DNA of 64,000 bases from an uncultured Acidobacteriota bacterium (GTDB taxonomy: Bacteria; Acidobacteriota; Vicinamibacteria; Fen-336), in contig OY970399.1 in assembly GCA_963720545.1 (NCBI GenBank), positions 1,632,001 to 1,696,000 on the forward strand, written 5' to 3'. Shown here in pieces: positions 12,094 through 22,912 of the stretch (position 1 is the stretch's first letter; each line of letters opens with the position of its first letter). The notes under the pieces were generated by a model that searched no databases, was not told the DNA's origin, and saw only the letters and a program-made list of their open reading frames with translations. Position numbers and translations under genes: made by a program.

Positions 12094-13070
12094 ACGAGCC
12101 GGTCCTCGTCACCGGCGGCGCCGGCTTCATCGGCAGCGCGCTGGTGCACGGCCTCAACGCGCGCGGTGCCGAGCGCATCCGGGTGGCCGACTTCCCGGGC
12201 GACCCGCTGAAGGAGCGCAACCTCGCGCCGCTGCGCATCGACGGCTTCATCGACGCGCACGAGCTGCCCGCCCTGCTGGAGCGCGGCGCTCTCGACGACG
12301 TCCGCACGGTGCTGCACATGGGTGCCTGCTCGTCCACCACGGAGACGGATGCCCGGTACCTGATGCGGAACAATTTTGCCTACACGGTGAGCCTCGCCGA
12401 GTGGGCGCTGCGGCGCGGCGTTCGTTTTGTGTACGCGTCGTCCGCCGCCACGTACGGGGCACTCGAAGGCGACCTCTCCGACAGCGCCGACCTAGGCGAG
12501 TTGCGACCGCTGAATCTCTACGGCTATTCGAAGCAGCTGTTCGACCAGCTGGCCGCCGCGCGCGGCCTGTTCGACTCGATCACCGGCCTCAAGTACTTCA
12601 ACATCTTCGGCCCCAACGAAGCTCACAAGGGCGACATGCGCAGCATGGCCAGCAAGGCGTTCGAGCAGGTCATGGCCAACGGCCGGGTGCGCCTTTTCAG
12701 GAGCCACCGCTCCGAGTTCCGGGACGGCGAGCAGCTGCGCGACTTCCTCTACATCAAGGATGCGGTGGCGATGACCCTGCATGTCGCCGAGCGCCCGCAG
12801 GCGACCGGGCTCATCAACGTCGGCTCCGGTGAGGCGCACACCTGGCTCGAACTGGTGCGGCCTGTTTTCGCGGCCCTGGGACGGCCGGTGGACATCGAGT
12901 TCATCGACATGCCCGAGGCGCTGCGCGGCAAGTATCAATACAAGACGCGTGCGGTCCTCGACCGCCTGCGTGCCTCCGGCTACGATGCGCCGGTGACTCC
13001 GCTCCCCGACGCCGTACGCGAGTACGTGGCGTCTTACCTCGAACCCGATCGCCGGCTCGGCGAACGCTAG
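12090..13070 (+). CDS. hldD: ADP-L-glycero-D-manno-heptose 6-epimerase
   Basis: [51 protein letters not shown] overlap. Confidence 0.92.
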   Translation: MNEPVLVTGGAGFIGSALVHGLNARGAERIRVADFPGDPLKERNLAPLRIDGFIDAHELPALLERGALDDVRTVLHMGACSSTTETDARYLMRNNFAYTVSLAEWALRRGVRFVYASSAATYGALEGDLSDSADLGELRPLNLYGYSKQLFDQLAAARGLFDSITGLKYFNIFGPNEAHKGDMRSMASKAFEQVMANGRVRLFRSHRSEFRDGEQLRDFLYIKDAVAMTLHVAERPQATGLINVGSGEAHTWLELVRPVFAALGRPVDIEFIDMPEALRGKYQYKTRAVLDRLRASGYDAPVTPLPDAVREYVASYLEPDRRLGER

Positions 13071-13084
13071 AGACAGCAGGCAAC

Positions 13085-14095
13085 TTGGAAAAGAACGTCA
13101 CTCCCGAACACATCATGCAGGTGGGCCTCGGCTTCTGGGGGTCGAAGGTGCTCCTGAGCGCCGTCGGCATGGAACTCTTCACCGTGCTCGCGGATAAGCC
13201 CCTGGACGGCGAGGCATTGCGCACGCGGCTGGGCCTGCATCCGCGCGCGGCGCGCGACTTCTTCGACGCGCTCGTGGCGCTTGGCTTTCTCGAGCGCGAG
13301 CAAGGCGCGTACCGCAACACCGCTGCGACCGGCCTGTTCCTCGACAAGGGCAAGCCGTCCTACATCGGCGGAATGCTCGAGATGGCGAACGAACGCCTGT
13401 TCCGCTTCTGGCACGACCTCCCCGAGGCGCTGCACACCGGCCTGCCGCAAAACGAGGTGAAGCAAGGCGGCGCCTTCTTCGCCGCGCTCTACGCCGAGCC
13501 CGCGCGGCTGCGCGGCTTCCTCTCCGCGATGACCGGCATCAGCCAGCCCGCGAACCAGGCGATCGCCGCGAAGTTCCCCTTCAAGGACCACAAGACGTTC
13601 GTCGATGCCGGAACCGCGCAGGGCGACCTCGCTGCGCAAGTGGCGCTCGCCCACCCGCACCTGCAAGGCACCGGCTTCGACCTGCCGCAGGTCGCATCGA
13701 TCTTCGAAGAGTACGTGAACCAGCTGGGCCTCTCCGGCAGGGTCAAGTTCACGGCCGGCGACTTCTTCAAGGACCCGCTGCCGAAGACGGACGTGGTGAT
13801 GATGGGCCACATCCTGCACGACTGGGACCTCGCGGAGAAGAAGGCGCTCATCCGCAAGGCGTGGGATGCCCTGCCCGCGGGCGGCGCGCTCATCGTCTAC
13901 GAGTCGATCATCGACGACGAGCGCCGCAAGAACGCCTTCGGCCTGCTGATGAGCCTCAACATGCTCATCGAAACTCCGGGCGGCTTCGACTACAGCGGCG
14001 CCGACTGCAGCGGCTGGATGAAGGAGTGCGGCTTCCGCGAGACGCGCGTCGAGCACCTGGTCGGGCCCGACTCGATGGTGGTCGGCATCAAGTAG
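13085..14095 (+). CDS. O-methyltransferase (dimerisation domain + Methyltransf_2)
   Basis: DAGTAQG, FDLP, GDFF, ILHDW. Confidence 0.88.
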   Translation: MEKNVTPEHIMQVGLGFWGSKVLLSAVGMELFTVLADKPLDGEALRTRLGLHPRAARDFFDALVALGFLEREQGAYRNTAATGLFLDKGKPSYIGGMLEMANERLFRFWHDLPEALHTGLPQNEVKQGGAFFAALYAEPARLRGFLSAMTGISQPANQAIAAKFPFKDHKTFVDAGTAQGDLAAQVALAHPHLQGTGFDLPQVASIFEEYVNQLGLSGRVKFTAGDFFKDPLPKTDVVMMGHILHDWDLAEKKALIRKAWDALPAGGALIVYESIIDDERRKNAFGLLMSLNMLIETPGGFDYSGADCSGWMKECGFRETRVEHLVGPDSMVVGIK

Positions 14096-14099
14096 GCGG

Positions 14100-14909
14100 T
14101 CACTTCGCTGCGAGAGCGTCGGCGCCCGCCGCCACGCTCAGCATCGATATGGAGCCGCCATCGACGCCCTCGACCGGAAAGGAAATGGCGTCGCCGGCTT
14201 GCTGCGTGCCGGCCACGTACAGTAGCGGCAGGTAGTGCTCGGGAGTCGGCACCGCAAGCTGCGCGTCGCTGCCGAGCTTCTCGTAAGCGACGAGCGGACG
14301 GTGGTCGCCGGCGAGCAGCAGGCTCCGGGCCTCGGCCTCGAAGCGCACCGCCCAGTCGTACGGCTCGGGTGCGTGACGCCCCCATGCGTACGCATGCAGG
14401 TTGTGCACCAGGTTGCCGCTGCCGACGATCAGCACGCCTTCGGCGCGGAGCGGCGCGAGCTTCCTTCCGATTTCGTAATGGAACGGCGCCGGCTGCGACT
14501 CATCGATGCTGAGCTGCACCACCGGCACGTCGGCCGCGGGGTAGACGTGGCGGAGCACCGACCACGTGCCATGGTCGAGCCCCCACGAGTCGTCGCGCGC
14601 GACCGCAAGCGGTGCGAGGAGTTGCTGCACTCGCTGCGCCAGTTGCGGATCGCCCGGCGCCGGGTACCGCACCGCGAATAACTCCGGCGGGAACCCGCCG
14701 AAGTCGTGGATGGTGCGCGGCGCGGTGCTGACGGTGACGGCTGTCGACGGAACGAACCAGTGCGCCGAGACCGAGAGGATCGCTCTCGGCCGCGGCGTCA
14801 CCGCGCCGATCCGGCGCCAGCCCTCGGTGTAGGCGTTCGTCGCCAGCGCGTTCATCGGGTTGCCGTGGCCGAAGAAGATCGCCGGCAGGTTGTGCGCGTC
14901 GTCCGTCAT
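14100..14909 (-). CDS. ygiD: 4,5-DOPA dioxygenase-like extradiol dioxygenase (LigB family)
   Basis: GHGNPM, SAHW, HDFGGFP, GLDHG, GSGNLVHNL, PEHYLPL. Confidence 0.9.
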   Translation of the reverse strand: MTDDAHNLPAIFFGHGNPMNALATNAYTEGWRRIGAVTPRPRAILSVSAHWFVPSTAVTVSTAPRTIHDFGGFPPELFAVRYPAPGDPQLAQRVQQLLAPLAVARDDSWGLDHGTWSVLRHVYPAADVPVVQLSIDESQPAPFHYEIGRKLAPLRAEGVLIVGSGNLVHNLHAYAWGRHAPEPYDWAVRFEAEARSLLLAGDHRPLVAYEKLGSDAQLAVPTPEHYLPLLYVAGTQQAGDAISFPVEGVDGGSISMLSVAAGADALAAK

Positions 14910-14924
14910 GCGTATCGCAGTATG

Positions 14925-15455
14925 TCACCGTCCCAGTGCAGCGCGGATCGCTGCCAGGTGATGGTAGCTGTGGCGCACGGCGTGATCCTCGAGAAAGAAC
15001 TGGCACGTCAGGGGCGCGTCGGCGTTCAGCGACACGGCGGCCGCGCTGTCGAGCTGCTGGTCCGATAGCGAACGGATCGCCGCCGCGGCGGCGGCGCTGT
15101 TTCGGTACAGCAAGTCGAGCGCGGCATCCGGGCCCACCGACTCGTGCTTGCGTGCGTGCTCGGCGTTCATCGCGTGCACCGCCGCCCAACTGACGCCGGC
15201 GATCGGGTTGCCGCCCGCCAGGCTCAGGGCCAGCTGGATCTCCAGCGGATACATCGTGGCGACGTGGTGTACCACGACGCCTACCGGGCGCCCATCGCCG
15301 GGCAAGCGCTTTTGCCACTGGGCATCGTCAAGCGATTCAGCAAGCTCAGCGAGCGCGCGAGCGCCGCGCTCCAGCCGTTCGGCCAGCGCCTCGGCGCGCG
15401 AACTTGAAATTTCCTTGTCACCCTGTTGCTGCACGACATCCAAAACGGTGGTCAT
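14925..15455 (-). CDS. DinB/DUF664-like four-helix protein
   Basis: VVHHVA and HSYHH His motifs; ATG at 15455 with AAGGA RBS. Confidence 0.7.
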   Translation of the reverse strand: MTTVLDVVQQQGDKEISSSRAEALAERLERGARALAELAESLDDAQWQKRLPGDGRPVGVVVHHVATMYPLEIQLALSLAGGNPIAGVSWAAVHAMNAEHARKHESVGPDAALDLLYRNSAAAAAAIRSLSDQQLDSAAAVSLNADAPLTCQFFLEDHAVRHSYHHLAAIRAALGR

Positions 15456-15625
15456 CAACTTGTCCTTTCGGGCCGCCGAAAGCGGCACTGAGAACCACTA
15501 CGTTTGGTTTCGTCGGATTGCTGACAGCCCAGCGTTTTTTTGCACGGCCTGAGAAAGGACTCAGAAATCGATCAGTAGGCCAGCTTTGGCATGCATCATG
15601 GAGTAGAGAGGCAAGGCAATGAACA

Positions 15626-16753
15626 ATGCGGATCCTGAGATGGAGCGGCGTGCCGTTGGTCGGGCTCGCGGCAATCGGCGGGGTGTGGCTCCTCTCCCTG
15701 CCGCAAGCAGCCGCGACCACGGCCGCGACGCCAATCTCGCCGCAGGAGGCAGAGACAATTCTCGAAGCGCTCAAGCCGCCAAAGCGCGCGCGGCCGGTTA
15801 TTGCAATCGTTGGCATCAACGACGCCACGGAAGTGACCGACTACCTCATGCCTTTTGGGGTGCTGCGGCGCGCGGATGTCGCCGACGTGACGCTGCTGGC
15901 AACGGGGCCGGGGCCGGTGAAGCTATTTCCGGTGCTCACGGTCGAACCGGAGGCGACTGTGGCGGCGTTCGATGCACAAAGCCCGCAGGGCGCCGATTAC
16001 GTGATCGTCCCAGCCATGAGCCGCGACAACGATCCGGTAGTCCTCGCATGGCTCAAGAGCCAGGCTGCGAATGGCGCGACCATCATCGGCGTGTGCGCCG
16101 GCGCCAAGGTCGTCGCCGCAGCCAGGCTGCTGGACGGCAAACGGGCGACAACCCACTGGTATTACCTCGACGAGTTGCGCAGGAAGCATCCTGCGGTTCA
16201 CTACATCGCCGATCGGCGACTGGTGGTAGACAAAGGAGTCGCCACCACCACTGGAATCAGCGCGTCATTACCCGTGGCGCTGACCTTGATTGAAGCGATC
16301 GCGGGGCGCGCGAAGGCCGAGGCTGTCGGCCGCAGCATCGGCGTTCCGCGATGGGATGCACGGCACAATAGCGGCGCCTTCCGGTTCACGCGACCATTCG
16401 CCATGGCCGCCATCGGCAATACCGCAGCCTTTTGGAATCGCGAGCGTCTCGGCATCGAGCTGACGCCCGGCATCGACGAAGTCTCGCTCGCACTGGCCGC
16501 CGATGCCTGGACACGCACGTACCGGTCGCACGCCATCACGTTCTCTCCCACCGCTGGCGCTCAGCGGTCGCGCAACGGCGTCGGCGTCCTGCCCGACAAG
16601 ATCATGGCGAACTGGCCCGCGCAAACACTGCTTCCAGCCATTGGCGAGCGCCAACCGGCCCTCGTCCTCGACGACACACTTCAGGCCATCGGCGCCCGCT
16701 ACGGCGCGCGCACCGCGGACTTCGTCGCAATGCAGCTCGAATACCCGCGATAA
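15626..16753 (+). CDS. DJ-1/PfpI family protein with N-terminal signal or anchor
   Basis: GVCAGA, ATTHW, TTTGISAS; C-terminal QLEYP. Confidence 0.8.
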   Translation: MRILRWSGVPLVGLAAIGGVWLLSLPQAAATTAATPISPQEAETILEALKPPKRARPVIAIVGINDATEVTDYLMPFGVLRRADVADVTLLATGPGPVKLFPVLTVEPEATVAAFDAQSPQGADYVIVPAMSRDNDPVVLAWLKSQAANGATIIGVCAGAKVVAAARLLDGKRATTHWYYLDELRRKHPAVHYIADRRLVVDKGVATTTGISASLPVALTLIEAIAGRAKAEAVGRSIGVPRWDARHNSGAFRFTRPFAMAAIGNTAAFWNRERLGIELTPGIDEVSLALAADAWTRTYRSHAITFSPTAGAQRSRNGVGVLPDKIMANWPAQTLLPAIGERQPALVLDDTLQAIGARYGARTADFVAMQLEYPR

Positions 16754-16759
16754 TCGCGC

Positions 16760-16903
16760 ATGCGGATCGCCGGCGCCGGTCATGCGGTTTTCGCGGCGAC
16801 GATGATCACGCTGGCAATCCTTGGACTGGTCACGGGGGATTTCGCGCCGATATGGCAGCCAGTGCCCAAAGGGCTGCCTGCGCGCGAGACGCTCGCCTAT
16901 TTG
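16760..16903 (+). pseudogene. 5' fragment of a DoxX-like membrane protein gene
   Basis: First 48 codons ([15 protein letters not shown]...[11 protein letters not shown]...ARETLAYL) parallel the N-terminus of ORF 18930-19694, then similarity stops. Confidence 0.75.
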
Positions 16904-18675
16904 ATCAGCGTGTTCCTGCTCCGGCAGGGCGTGCCCCGGAGGGGCGACGCGGCCCCTTGCGGCAACGAGTACGGCTCCTGGGGTGCTGCCGCTGTGAGCT
17001 CTTTCATTTTTTCCGGGCTCCGAACCTTCAGAAGGTATCCCGGCACCCGACGGAGCGGCGAGAAGTACGCGGCCATACTCGCGCGCAGGCTCCAGGCCGC
17101 TTTCGGGTTGACAGCGAAGAAACCAACCCGCTCGCCGTTCGGCGGCACTTCGACCTCACCGACCTTGATCCACTCGCTTGGCACCAGAGGAACAACCCAG
17201 CTCCATCCGAGCGAGACGATTGCGATCGTGGGCCGGTTTTTCGCCGTCCAGGTCAGCACGTCCCTGCTTGTGTAGTGGCCCGTGCGCCGCATAATCTCGA
17301 GCGGTTCTATGTCGCCCAGAGCAGCAAGGTCCAGTATCCTGGCCTGGGTGTAGTAGGTGACCGCGCCAAGATCGTTGACGATCACAGCCTCGCCAGGATA
17401 GTAGGTTCGGATGAACAGCGCCGTTTGATACTGCTCGAGATAGGTATTTCGCATTCCGCGGATCTCGGCGGCCGCAGTAAGGCCCTCCCGGACGTCGGCA
17501 ACGATCCCCACCAGCGAAGCCACGAGAAGCGCCGGCACGAAGTGTTGGGCGAGAACTCCCGGCGTGCGCCACTCGGCCAGCACGACGGTCGTCACAAAGA
17601 TCCCAAACGCGACAAGATAGCCGTCGTACCGGTACGCCCAGTACATTGGTGAGAAGACGTAGTGCCCGTGCGCCACGATCATCACGGCGAGGAGGAGCGG
17701 AAACAGGACTTGCGGCCGCCAGAAGTCACGGTACGAATACCACTGCACGAGCGCGCTGATCAAACCGATTGCAAGGAGGATCGGCAGCGCGCGGTTATTT
17801 TGCAGAAACGCCAGATCTTCGGCGCCGAAGGGCTTGATGAGGGCCGAAACCGTCGACACCGACTGGCCGGCGGCTTTGAGCATCAACGAGTTTGGCAGGA
17901 AAAACCCGCCGTTCGCCACGGAGATCGCGCCAAAGGCCACAACCGGGACAAGCGCAGCGGCGCCGATCGAGACTCCCCGGAAGAACTGGCGACGGGCAAG
18001 GAAGCCGAGGCAAGCTGGACCAACGAGGAAGAATCCCTCGTACCGCGCCGCGCCAAGCAGCGCGCCCAAGACGCACAACCCGATTGTCCGGCGGCGCTGG
18101 GCCAGCGGATCCTCGGGCCGGCTCGTCAATGCTTCGACCGCTGCCGCCGCAAACCAGATCGTCACCAGAAGGTGAAGAATGTGTTCCATCCCCATCAGCA
18201 CCATTCCGGTCATGGGAACCGCGACCACGAGTCCGAGCAGCGCCGCCGCTCGCAGGACCGGCAACGCGCCGAAACGGAGCAGGTAGCGGTTGGTTACCGC
18301 CAGCGTCACCACGACAAGGGCAATGTTGAGGACGAGCGGTATCGCGTCGTGCACGTGGAACGCCCGATCGGCCATGCCGAGGACGAATGTCCACAGCAAC
18401 GACGAAGACGATGAAGAGAAATGAAAGGGAGTGCAGCCCCAGATACCGTGGCTTGCGAAGTTCTTGGCCACGGCCATGTGAATGTAGGCATCATCAAGGG
18501 CGTAGATGAGATGGCCGTCCGTACACCGCATCGCGGCACGCAGGGCGGCGGCGAGGGATACCAGGAACCCCGTCACTGGGAGCAGCAACGGAGACCGCCA
18601 CAGGCGACGCAAACGCATCGCGCTCGGTTTGCCTGTGAGATCGAAGAACGCGGCGCTCAACCTTGGCGTCTCCAC
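16897..18675 (-). CDS. Polytopic membrane protein, probable GT-C-fold glycosyltransferase
   Basis: DDAYIH after the first TM helix, GME, RYEG, LPNS, many TM segments, DLGAVTY. Confidence 0.7.
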   Translation of the reverse strand: METPRLSAAFFDLTGKPSAMRLRRLWRSPLLLPVTGFLVSLAAALRAAMRCTDGHLIYALDDAYIHMAVAKNFASHGIWGCTPFHFSSSSSSLLWTFVLGMADRAFHVHDAIPLVLNIALVVVTLAVTNRYLLRFGALPVLRAAALLGLVVAVPMTGMVLMGMEHILHLLVTIWFAAAAVEALTSRPEDPLAQRRRTIGLCVLGALLGAARYEGFFLVGPACLGFLARRQFFRGVSIGAAALVPVVAFGAISVANGGFFLPNSLMLKAAGQSVSTVSALIKPFGAEDLAFLQNNRALPILLAIGLISALVQWYSYRDFWRPQVLFPLLLAVMIVAHGHYVFSPMYWAYRYDGYLVAFGIFVTTVVLAEWRTPGVLAQHFVPALLVASLVGIVADVREGLTAAAEIRGMRNTYLEQYQTALFIRTYYPGEAVIVNDLGAVTYYTQARILDLAALGDIEPLEIMRRTGHYTSRDVLTWTAKNRPTIAIVSLGWSWVVPLVPSEWIKVGEVEVPPNGERVGFFAVNPKAAWSLRASMAAYFSPLRRVPGYLLKVRSPEKMKELTAAAPQEPYSLPQGAASPLRGTPCRSRNTLIK

Positions 18676-18882
18676 CGTTCACACAGCCTTCGCCGCCTCG
18701 ACGTTCGGCGCGTGGGTTCGAGCGCGACGGAAAGCCCGTCGGAGGGTAACACGACGCGAGTCGGCTGCGCCCCAGCGCCGGACGCTGGTTCGGGCGCCGG
18801 CAAGCCTTTGAAACAAGAGCATCAAGCTGCGCCGGGCTTAATCGGCAGACGAATCCGTGGGAATTGTCGCGGCCCCGGGTGA

Positions 18883-18906
18883 AATTGGCTCCTCAGGTAG
18901 GATTCG
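18883..18906 (-). repeat. Copy of the tRNA-Asn 3' end (att-like direct repeat)
   Basis: aattggctcctcaggtaggattcg matches 25959-25982 at 23/24 positions. Confidence 0.85.
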
Positions 18907-18929
18907 GCGGGCTGCCGGAGGAGAGGACG

Positions 18930-19694
18930 ATGCGCCTTGCAAGCGTTGGTCATGCGGTTTTTGCGGCGACCCTGATCGCCCTCGGAATCCTGGGCTTGGT
19001 CAAAGGCGATTTCGCCCCGATATGGCAGCCGGTACCCACGGGAGCACCCGCACGCGAGGCCCTCGCCTATCTCTGTGTCGCTATCTCTCTGGCTTGCGGC
19101 ATTGGCCTCTTCCTCAGGCGTACCTCCGCCGCCGCTTCCCGCGTGTTGTGGATCTATCTGGCGCTCTGGTTGTTGCTCTTCAAGGTGCGCTTCATCCTGC
19201 GCGCTCCCTTGGTCGAAGGTTCGTATCAAACGAACGGCGAGACCGCAGTGATCGTGGCCGGCGCCTGGGTCCTCTACGCCTGGTTCGCGAACCCGTGGGA
19301 CAGGCGATGGCTGGGCTTCGCCGTCGGCGACAGGGGTGTTCGCAAGGCGCGTGTGCTCTATGGCCTCGCCATGATCGCCTTCGGCTTGTCGCACTTCGTA
19401 TACCTGAACCTGACCGCGCCGCTGGTCCCGAGGTGGCTGCCAGCGCCCGTGTTCTGGGCGTACTTCACCGGTGGCGCTTTCCTGGCCGCGGGTGCGGCGG
19501 TGCTCACGGGTGTGTGTGCGCGCTTGGCAGTCGCGCTCACGACACTGCAGATCGGCCTCTTCACCTTGCTGATCTGGGTACCGCTTGTCCTGGCCGGAAA
19601 CATCAGCCCGGGCCAATGGGGCGAGTTCGTGGTCTCGTGGACGATCACGGCCGGCAGCTGGGTAGTCGCCGACTCCTACCGCCGCAATCCTTAG
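18930..19694 (+). CDS. DoxX-like membrane protein
   Basis: Multiple TM helices; FGLSHF and LVPRWLP..FWAYFTG motifs; GAGG RBS. Confidence 0.75.
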   Translation: MRLASVGHAVFAATLIALGILGLVKGDFAPIWQPVPTGAPAREALAYLCVAISLACGIGLFLRRTSAAASRVLWIYLALWLLLFKVRFILRAPLVEGSYQTNGETAVIVAGAWVLYAWFANPWDRRWLGFAVGDRGVRKARVLYGLAMIAFGLSHFVYLNLTAPLVPRWLPAPVFWAYFTGGAFLAAGAAVLTGVCARLAVALTTLQIGLFTLLIWVPLVLAGNISPGQWGEFVVSWTITAGSWVVADSYRRNP

Positions 19695-19713
19695 GATGCA
19701 GGACCGAATAGAC

Positions 19714-19745
19714 TTGACAAACCTGTACGGACGACTTAATTTGTC
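19714..19745 (+). promoter_or_regulatory. Sigma70-like promoter with inverted-repeat operator
   Basis: TTGACA at 19714; GACAAA...TTTGTC dyad just upstream of the HTH gene. Confidence 0.5.
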
Positions 19746-19769
19746 CGTCCAAAGCCAATAACCGTCCAC

Positions 19770-20405
19770 ATGAACGCGGACCGCCTCGACATCATCGACG
19801 ACCCCGCCCGCGCCCGGGTGGCGCTGCAGCCGATACGGTTGCGGCTCCTCCATCTGCTCGAGCGGCCGCAATCGGCGCCGCAAGTCGCGAAAGCCATGGG
19901 CATGCCCCGCCAGCGGGTGCTGTATCACCTGCGGACGCTCGAGGCGCAGCGGCTGGTGGAGGCGCAAGAGCACGGCAGCGTCGGCCGCCGCATCGATCGC
20001 TCCTACGTCCGCACCGCGACGTCGTACGCCATCGCGCCGAAGACGCTGGGAGGCGTCGCCGTCGATGCGCGGACGGTCGCCGACGCGTTTTCTTCCGCCT
20101 ACCTGTCGGCGGTGGCGGGCCGGGCGCTGAACGACCTCGCCGCGCTCGGCCGAGCCGCCGCCGCTCGCGGCAAGCGCGTGCCGACGCTCACGCTCGAAAC
20201 CGAAGTGCGGTTTGCAACGCCGGCCGATCAGCGACGGTTCGCCGACGAGCTCACCACTGCTCTCGCCACCCTGGCCGCGAAGTACCACCACCCCGACGCG
20301 ACAAAGGGCCGCACGTTCCGGGTGTTCGCGTGCGGCTACCCCGCCGTGCCGTCACGCGCGGCCGAACCCGAAGGCGGCCGTGAGGCCGACATGGAGGCGA
20401 AGTGA
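19770..20405 (+). CDS. Winged helix-turn-helix (ArsR-like) transcriptional regulator
   Basis: PIRLRLL..L, SAPQVA, VLYHLRTLE..LV. Confidence 0.8.
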   Translation: MNADRLDIIDDPARARVALQPIRLRLLHLLERPQSAPQVAKAMGMPRQRVLYHLRTLEAQRLVEAQEHGSVGRRIDRSYVRTATSYAIAPKTLGGVAVDARTVADAFSSAYLSAVAGRALNDLAALGRAAAARGKRVPTLTLETEVRFATPADQRRFADELTTALATLAAKYHHPDATKGRTFRVFACGYPAVPSRAAEPEGGREADMEAK

Positions 20406-21210
20406 CCAACGACCGCAAGCCCACCGACCGAGGATCGACCTGACCATCGACATCGACGCCACACTCGAGGAGGTGTGGCAGGCGCTGACGACCGGCGAGG
20501 GCATCGCCCGCTGGTTTGCGCCGCTACGCCGCCGTGACGCCGGGCGAAGGCGGCAGCGTCAGCGTCGGCTGGGACCCGAAGGAGATGTGGAGCGCAGCCG
20601 ATCACGGTGTGGGAGCCGCAGCGGCGGATGCAGACCGCCGGTGAGATGCCGGCGGCCGACGGCCGCATGGTGCGCCTCGCCGTCGACTATCACCTGGAAG
20701 TCCAGGGCGGCCGAGTGCGGGTCCGCCTGGTGCACTCGGGCTTCGACGACAGGCTCCTGGGACGACTACATCGACGGGCTCGACGCCGGCTGGACCTTCT
20801 TCCTGTTCAACCTGAAGCACGCGCTCGAACGCCATCGCGGCGTCGATCGCCAGCAGCTGTCCGCACGCTTCCGCACCACCGCGCGCGCCGGCGAGGACCA
20901 TCCGGTCTTCGGCGCGAAGGGCTTGCGCGTGCAACCTGCAGTTGGCGAGCTACGGCCGGGCGACGCCTGTCGCCTCTCACTTGGCGGCGTCGAGGTCGAC
21001 GCCACCGTGGCCGTGCGGCACGCAGCGCGCACCATCGCCTTCGTCGTACCGGCGTGGAACGATGCGCTACTGTTCGTCGAACGCGAAGGGATGAAGGAGA
21101 CGCACCACGTGGGCGTCTGGCTGTCGCTCTACGGAGTGCCCGAGACGACCGCGGCGCCGCTGCGGCAGGGACTGGCCGACTTGCGAGTCGGCGCTCGAGG
21201 CGCCGAAAGA
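20402..21210 (+). pseudogene. SRPBCC/AHSA1 domain gene with four indels (pseudogene or sequence errors); 3' end approximate
   Basis: IDATLEEVWQALT..EGIARWF, VRLVHSGF and GWTFFLFNLKHALE pieces in shifting frames. Confidence 0.7.
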
Positions 21211-21479
21211 ATGAAGCTTGAGGTTCTCCGGCCGGAATTGACGGCGGCGATCAATTGCGCGTCCGGAACTCGAAGTTCGCGTAGCGCTCCGCGATCAGCG
21301 CGTCGTTGTACGCCTAACCGGTCGACGTCAGACGATTGGCGTGGTCAGCAGCGCCGAGGATATCCACGGTGTCGTTCCACGCGCCTGCCACCAACCGCGC
21401 TGCGGATGCGTGGGCACGCTTAAATACTTGATTCTCGCCGCAACCGCGACGCCTGACGTTCGATTCGACACGTCGCCGC

Positions 21480-22094
21480 TCAGTTCATTCGCTGGAATCG
21501 GCAGTAGACGAGGGACTGTGCGACACCCCATGGGGTCGTGTGGACGTGCGGAACGAACTCGAGGAGCTGCAAGTCGGGTCCGAGTTCTTCTGCCAGCGTG
21601 GCTGGTGAATAGCGCTGCACCGGCAGGCCACTGCATCGGTCTGGCCCATCCAAGGCGAATGTCGCGAATATCGCCGTTCCCCTTTGTTTGAGGATCGCCA
21701 AGAGTCGCGAACGATAACGATGCCGATCCTCAGGAGCCGTCAAGAAATGGAACACTGCGCGGTCGTGCCAAATGTCCATCGGCTTCAAAGACCAATCTGA
21801 GGTGACATCCGCTTCAATCCAAATCGGCACGGAGGCGGCACTGCCGAGGCGCGAGCGCGCGCGTTTCAGCGCGGATCCGGAGACGTCGAGGACGGCCAGA
21901 CAATCGAGGCCACGAGCCGCCAGCTGGTCGACGAGACGCGAGTCGCCTCCGCCGACATCGATGACGCAGGTGTCGGTGGCAAGTCCTGCGGATTCCATCA
22001 TGCGCAGAGACACCTCCGGGAACGCCTCGAACCAGCTCACCTGCTGTTCGCCCTTGTTGCTGTAGACCGATTCCCAATGCCGCTGTCGATGCAT
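21480..22094 (-). CDS. Class I SAM-dependent methyltransferase
   Basis: HWESVY, IDVGGGDS, WHDRAVFHFL, CSGL. Confidence 0.85.
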   Translation of the reverse strand: MHRQRHWESVYSNKGEQQVSWFEAFPEVSLRMMESAGLATDTCVIDVGGGDSRLVDQLAARGLDCLAVLDVSGSALKRARSRLGSAASVPIWIEADVTSDWSLKPMDIWHDRAVFHFLTAPEDRHRYRSRLLAILKQRGTAIFATFALDGPDRCSGLPVQRYSPATLAEELGPDLQLLEFVPHVHTTPWGVAQSLVYCRFQRMN

Positions 22095-22232
22095 GTGCGT
22101 CTCCCAATGCCGGACTCGTCAGCAGCTCGATCCTACGCGCAGTCTGCCGGACCATGACCGACTTGGCTGTGGAGACGAAGCAGGACCGCTAACCGCGACA
22201 ATTCGGCGCTTGCCTACACCTGGTCTAGGAGC

Positions 22233-22877
22233 CTACCGTCCCACCACCAAGTGCATCGCCGCCTCGGTGGAGACGTGCTCCTTCACTCTGTAGCCGAGCG
22301 CGGGAAGGTCCATGCCTTCGAGCAGGGGCTCGCCTTGGCCGAGCAGGATCGGTGAGATGGCGACATGCATCTCGTCGAGTAGTCCGGCCCGCAGATACTG
22401 GCGGATGGTGGCTGCTCCGCCGCCGATTCGCACATCCTTACCTCGAGCTGCCGCTCGCGCCTCGCCCAGCGCCGCCTCGATCCCCTCGGTGACGAAATGG
22501 AAGACGGTGCCGCCCTCCATCTCCAGCGCCGGGCGCGGATGGTGGGTCAGGACGAAGACCGGCACATGGTACGGTGGATTGGCGCCCCACCAACCCTTCC
22601 ACTCATAGTCCGGCCAGGGTCCGCGCACAGGTCCGAACATGTTGCGGCCCATGATCCAGGCGCCGAGATTCTCGAACGAGCGCGCCGCGAAGTCGTTGTC
22701 GATGCCGGTCGTCCCGCCGTCTCGCCTCTGGACGTCCCGCTGGAAGGTGCGGGTCGGAAGAACCCACTGGTGCAGTTGTTCGCCGCCTCGGCCCAGCGGT
22801 TGGTCACGGCCCTGGTTGGGGCCGGCGCCGAAGCCGTCGGTCGACACGCTAAAGGCATTCACGCGAAGTTTGGACAC
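22233..22877 (-). CDS. Dihydrofolate reductase-like (RibD C-terminal) protein
   Basis: SVSTDGF, IMGRNMF, VFVLTH, GGGAAT, LLDE, PILLGQG. Confidence 0.85.
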   Translation of the reverse strand: MSKLRVNAFSVSTDGFGAGPNQGRDQPLGRGGEQLHQWVLPTRTFQRDVQRRDGGTTGIDNDFAARSFENLGAWIMGRNMFGPVRGPWPDYEWKGWWGANPPYHVPVFVLTHHPRPALEMEGGTVFHFVTEGIEAALGEARAAARGKDVRIGGGAATIRQYLRAGLLDEMHVAISPILLGQGEPLLEGMDLPALGYRVKEHVSTEAAMHLVVGR

Positions 22878-22912
22878 GGGCGTCTCCTTGACTGTCCCTG
22901 CATGGAACTATC

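Noticed and set aside
15585..15602. Sigma54-like TTGGCATG upstream of the DJ-1 gene
   Set aside because: The -12 position reads GG instead of the invariant GC
21220..21480. Possible integron attC site (gcctaac) and hairpins between convergent genes
   Set aside because: No matching GTTRRRY core with proper inverted boxes, and no integron integrase
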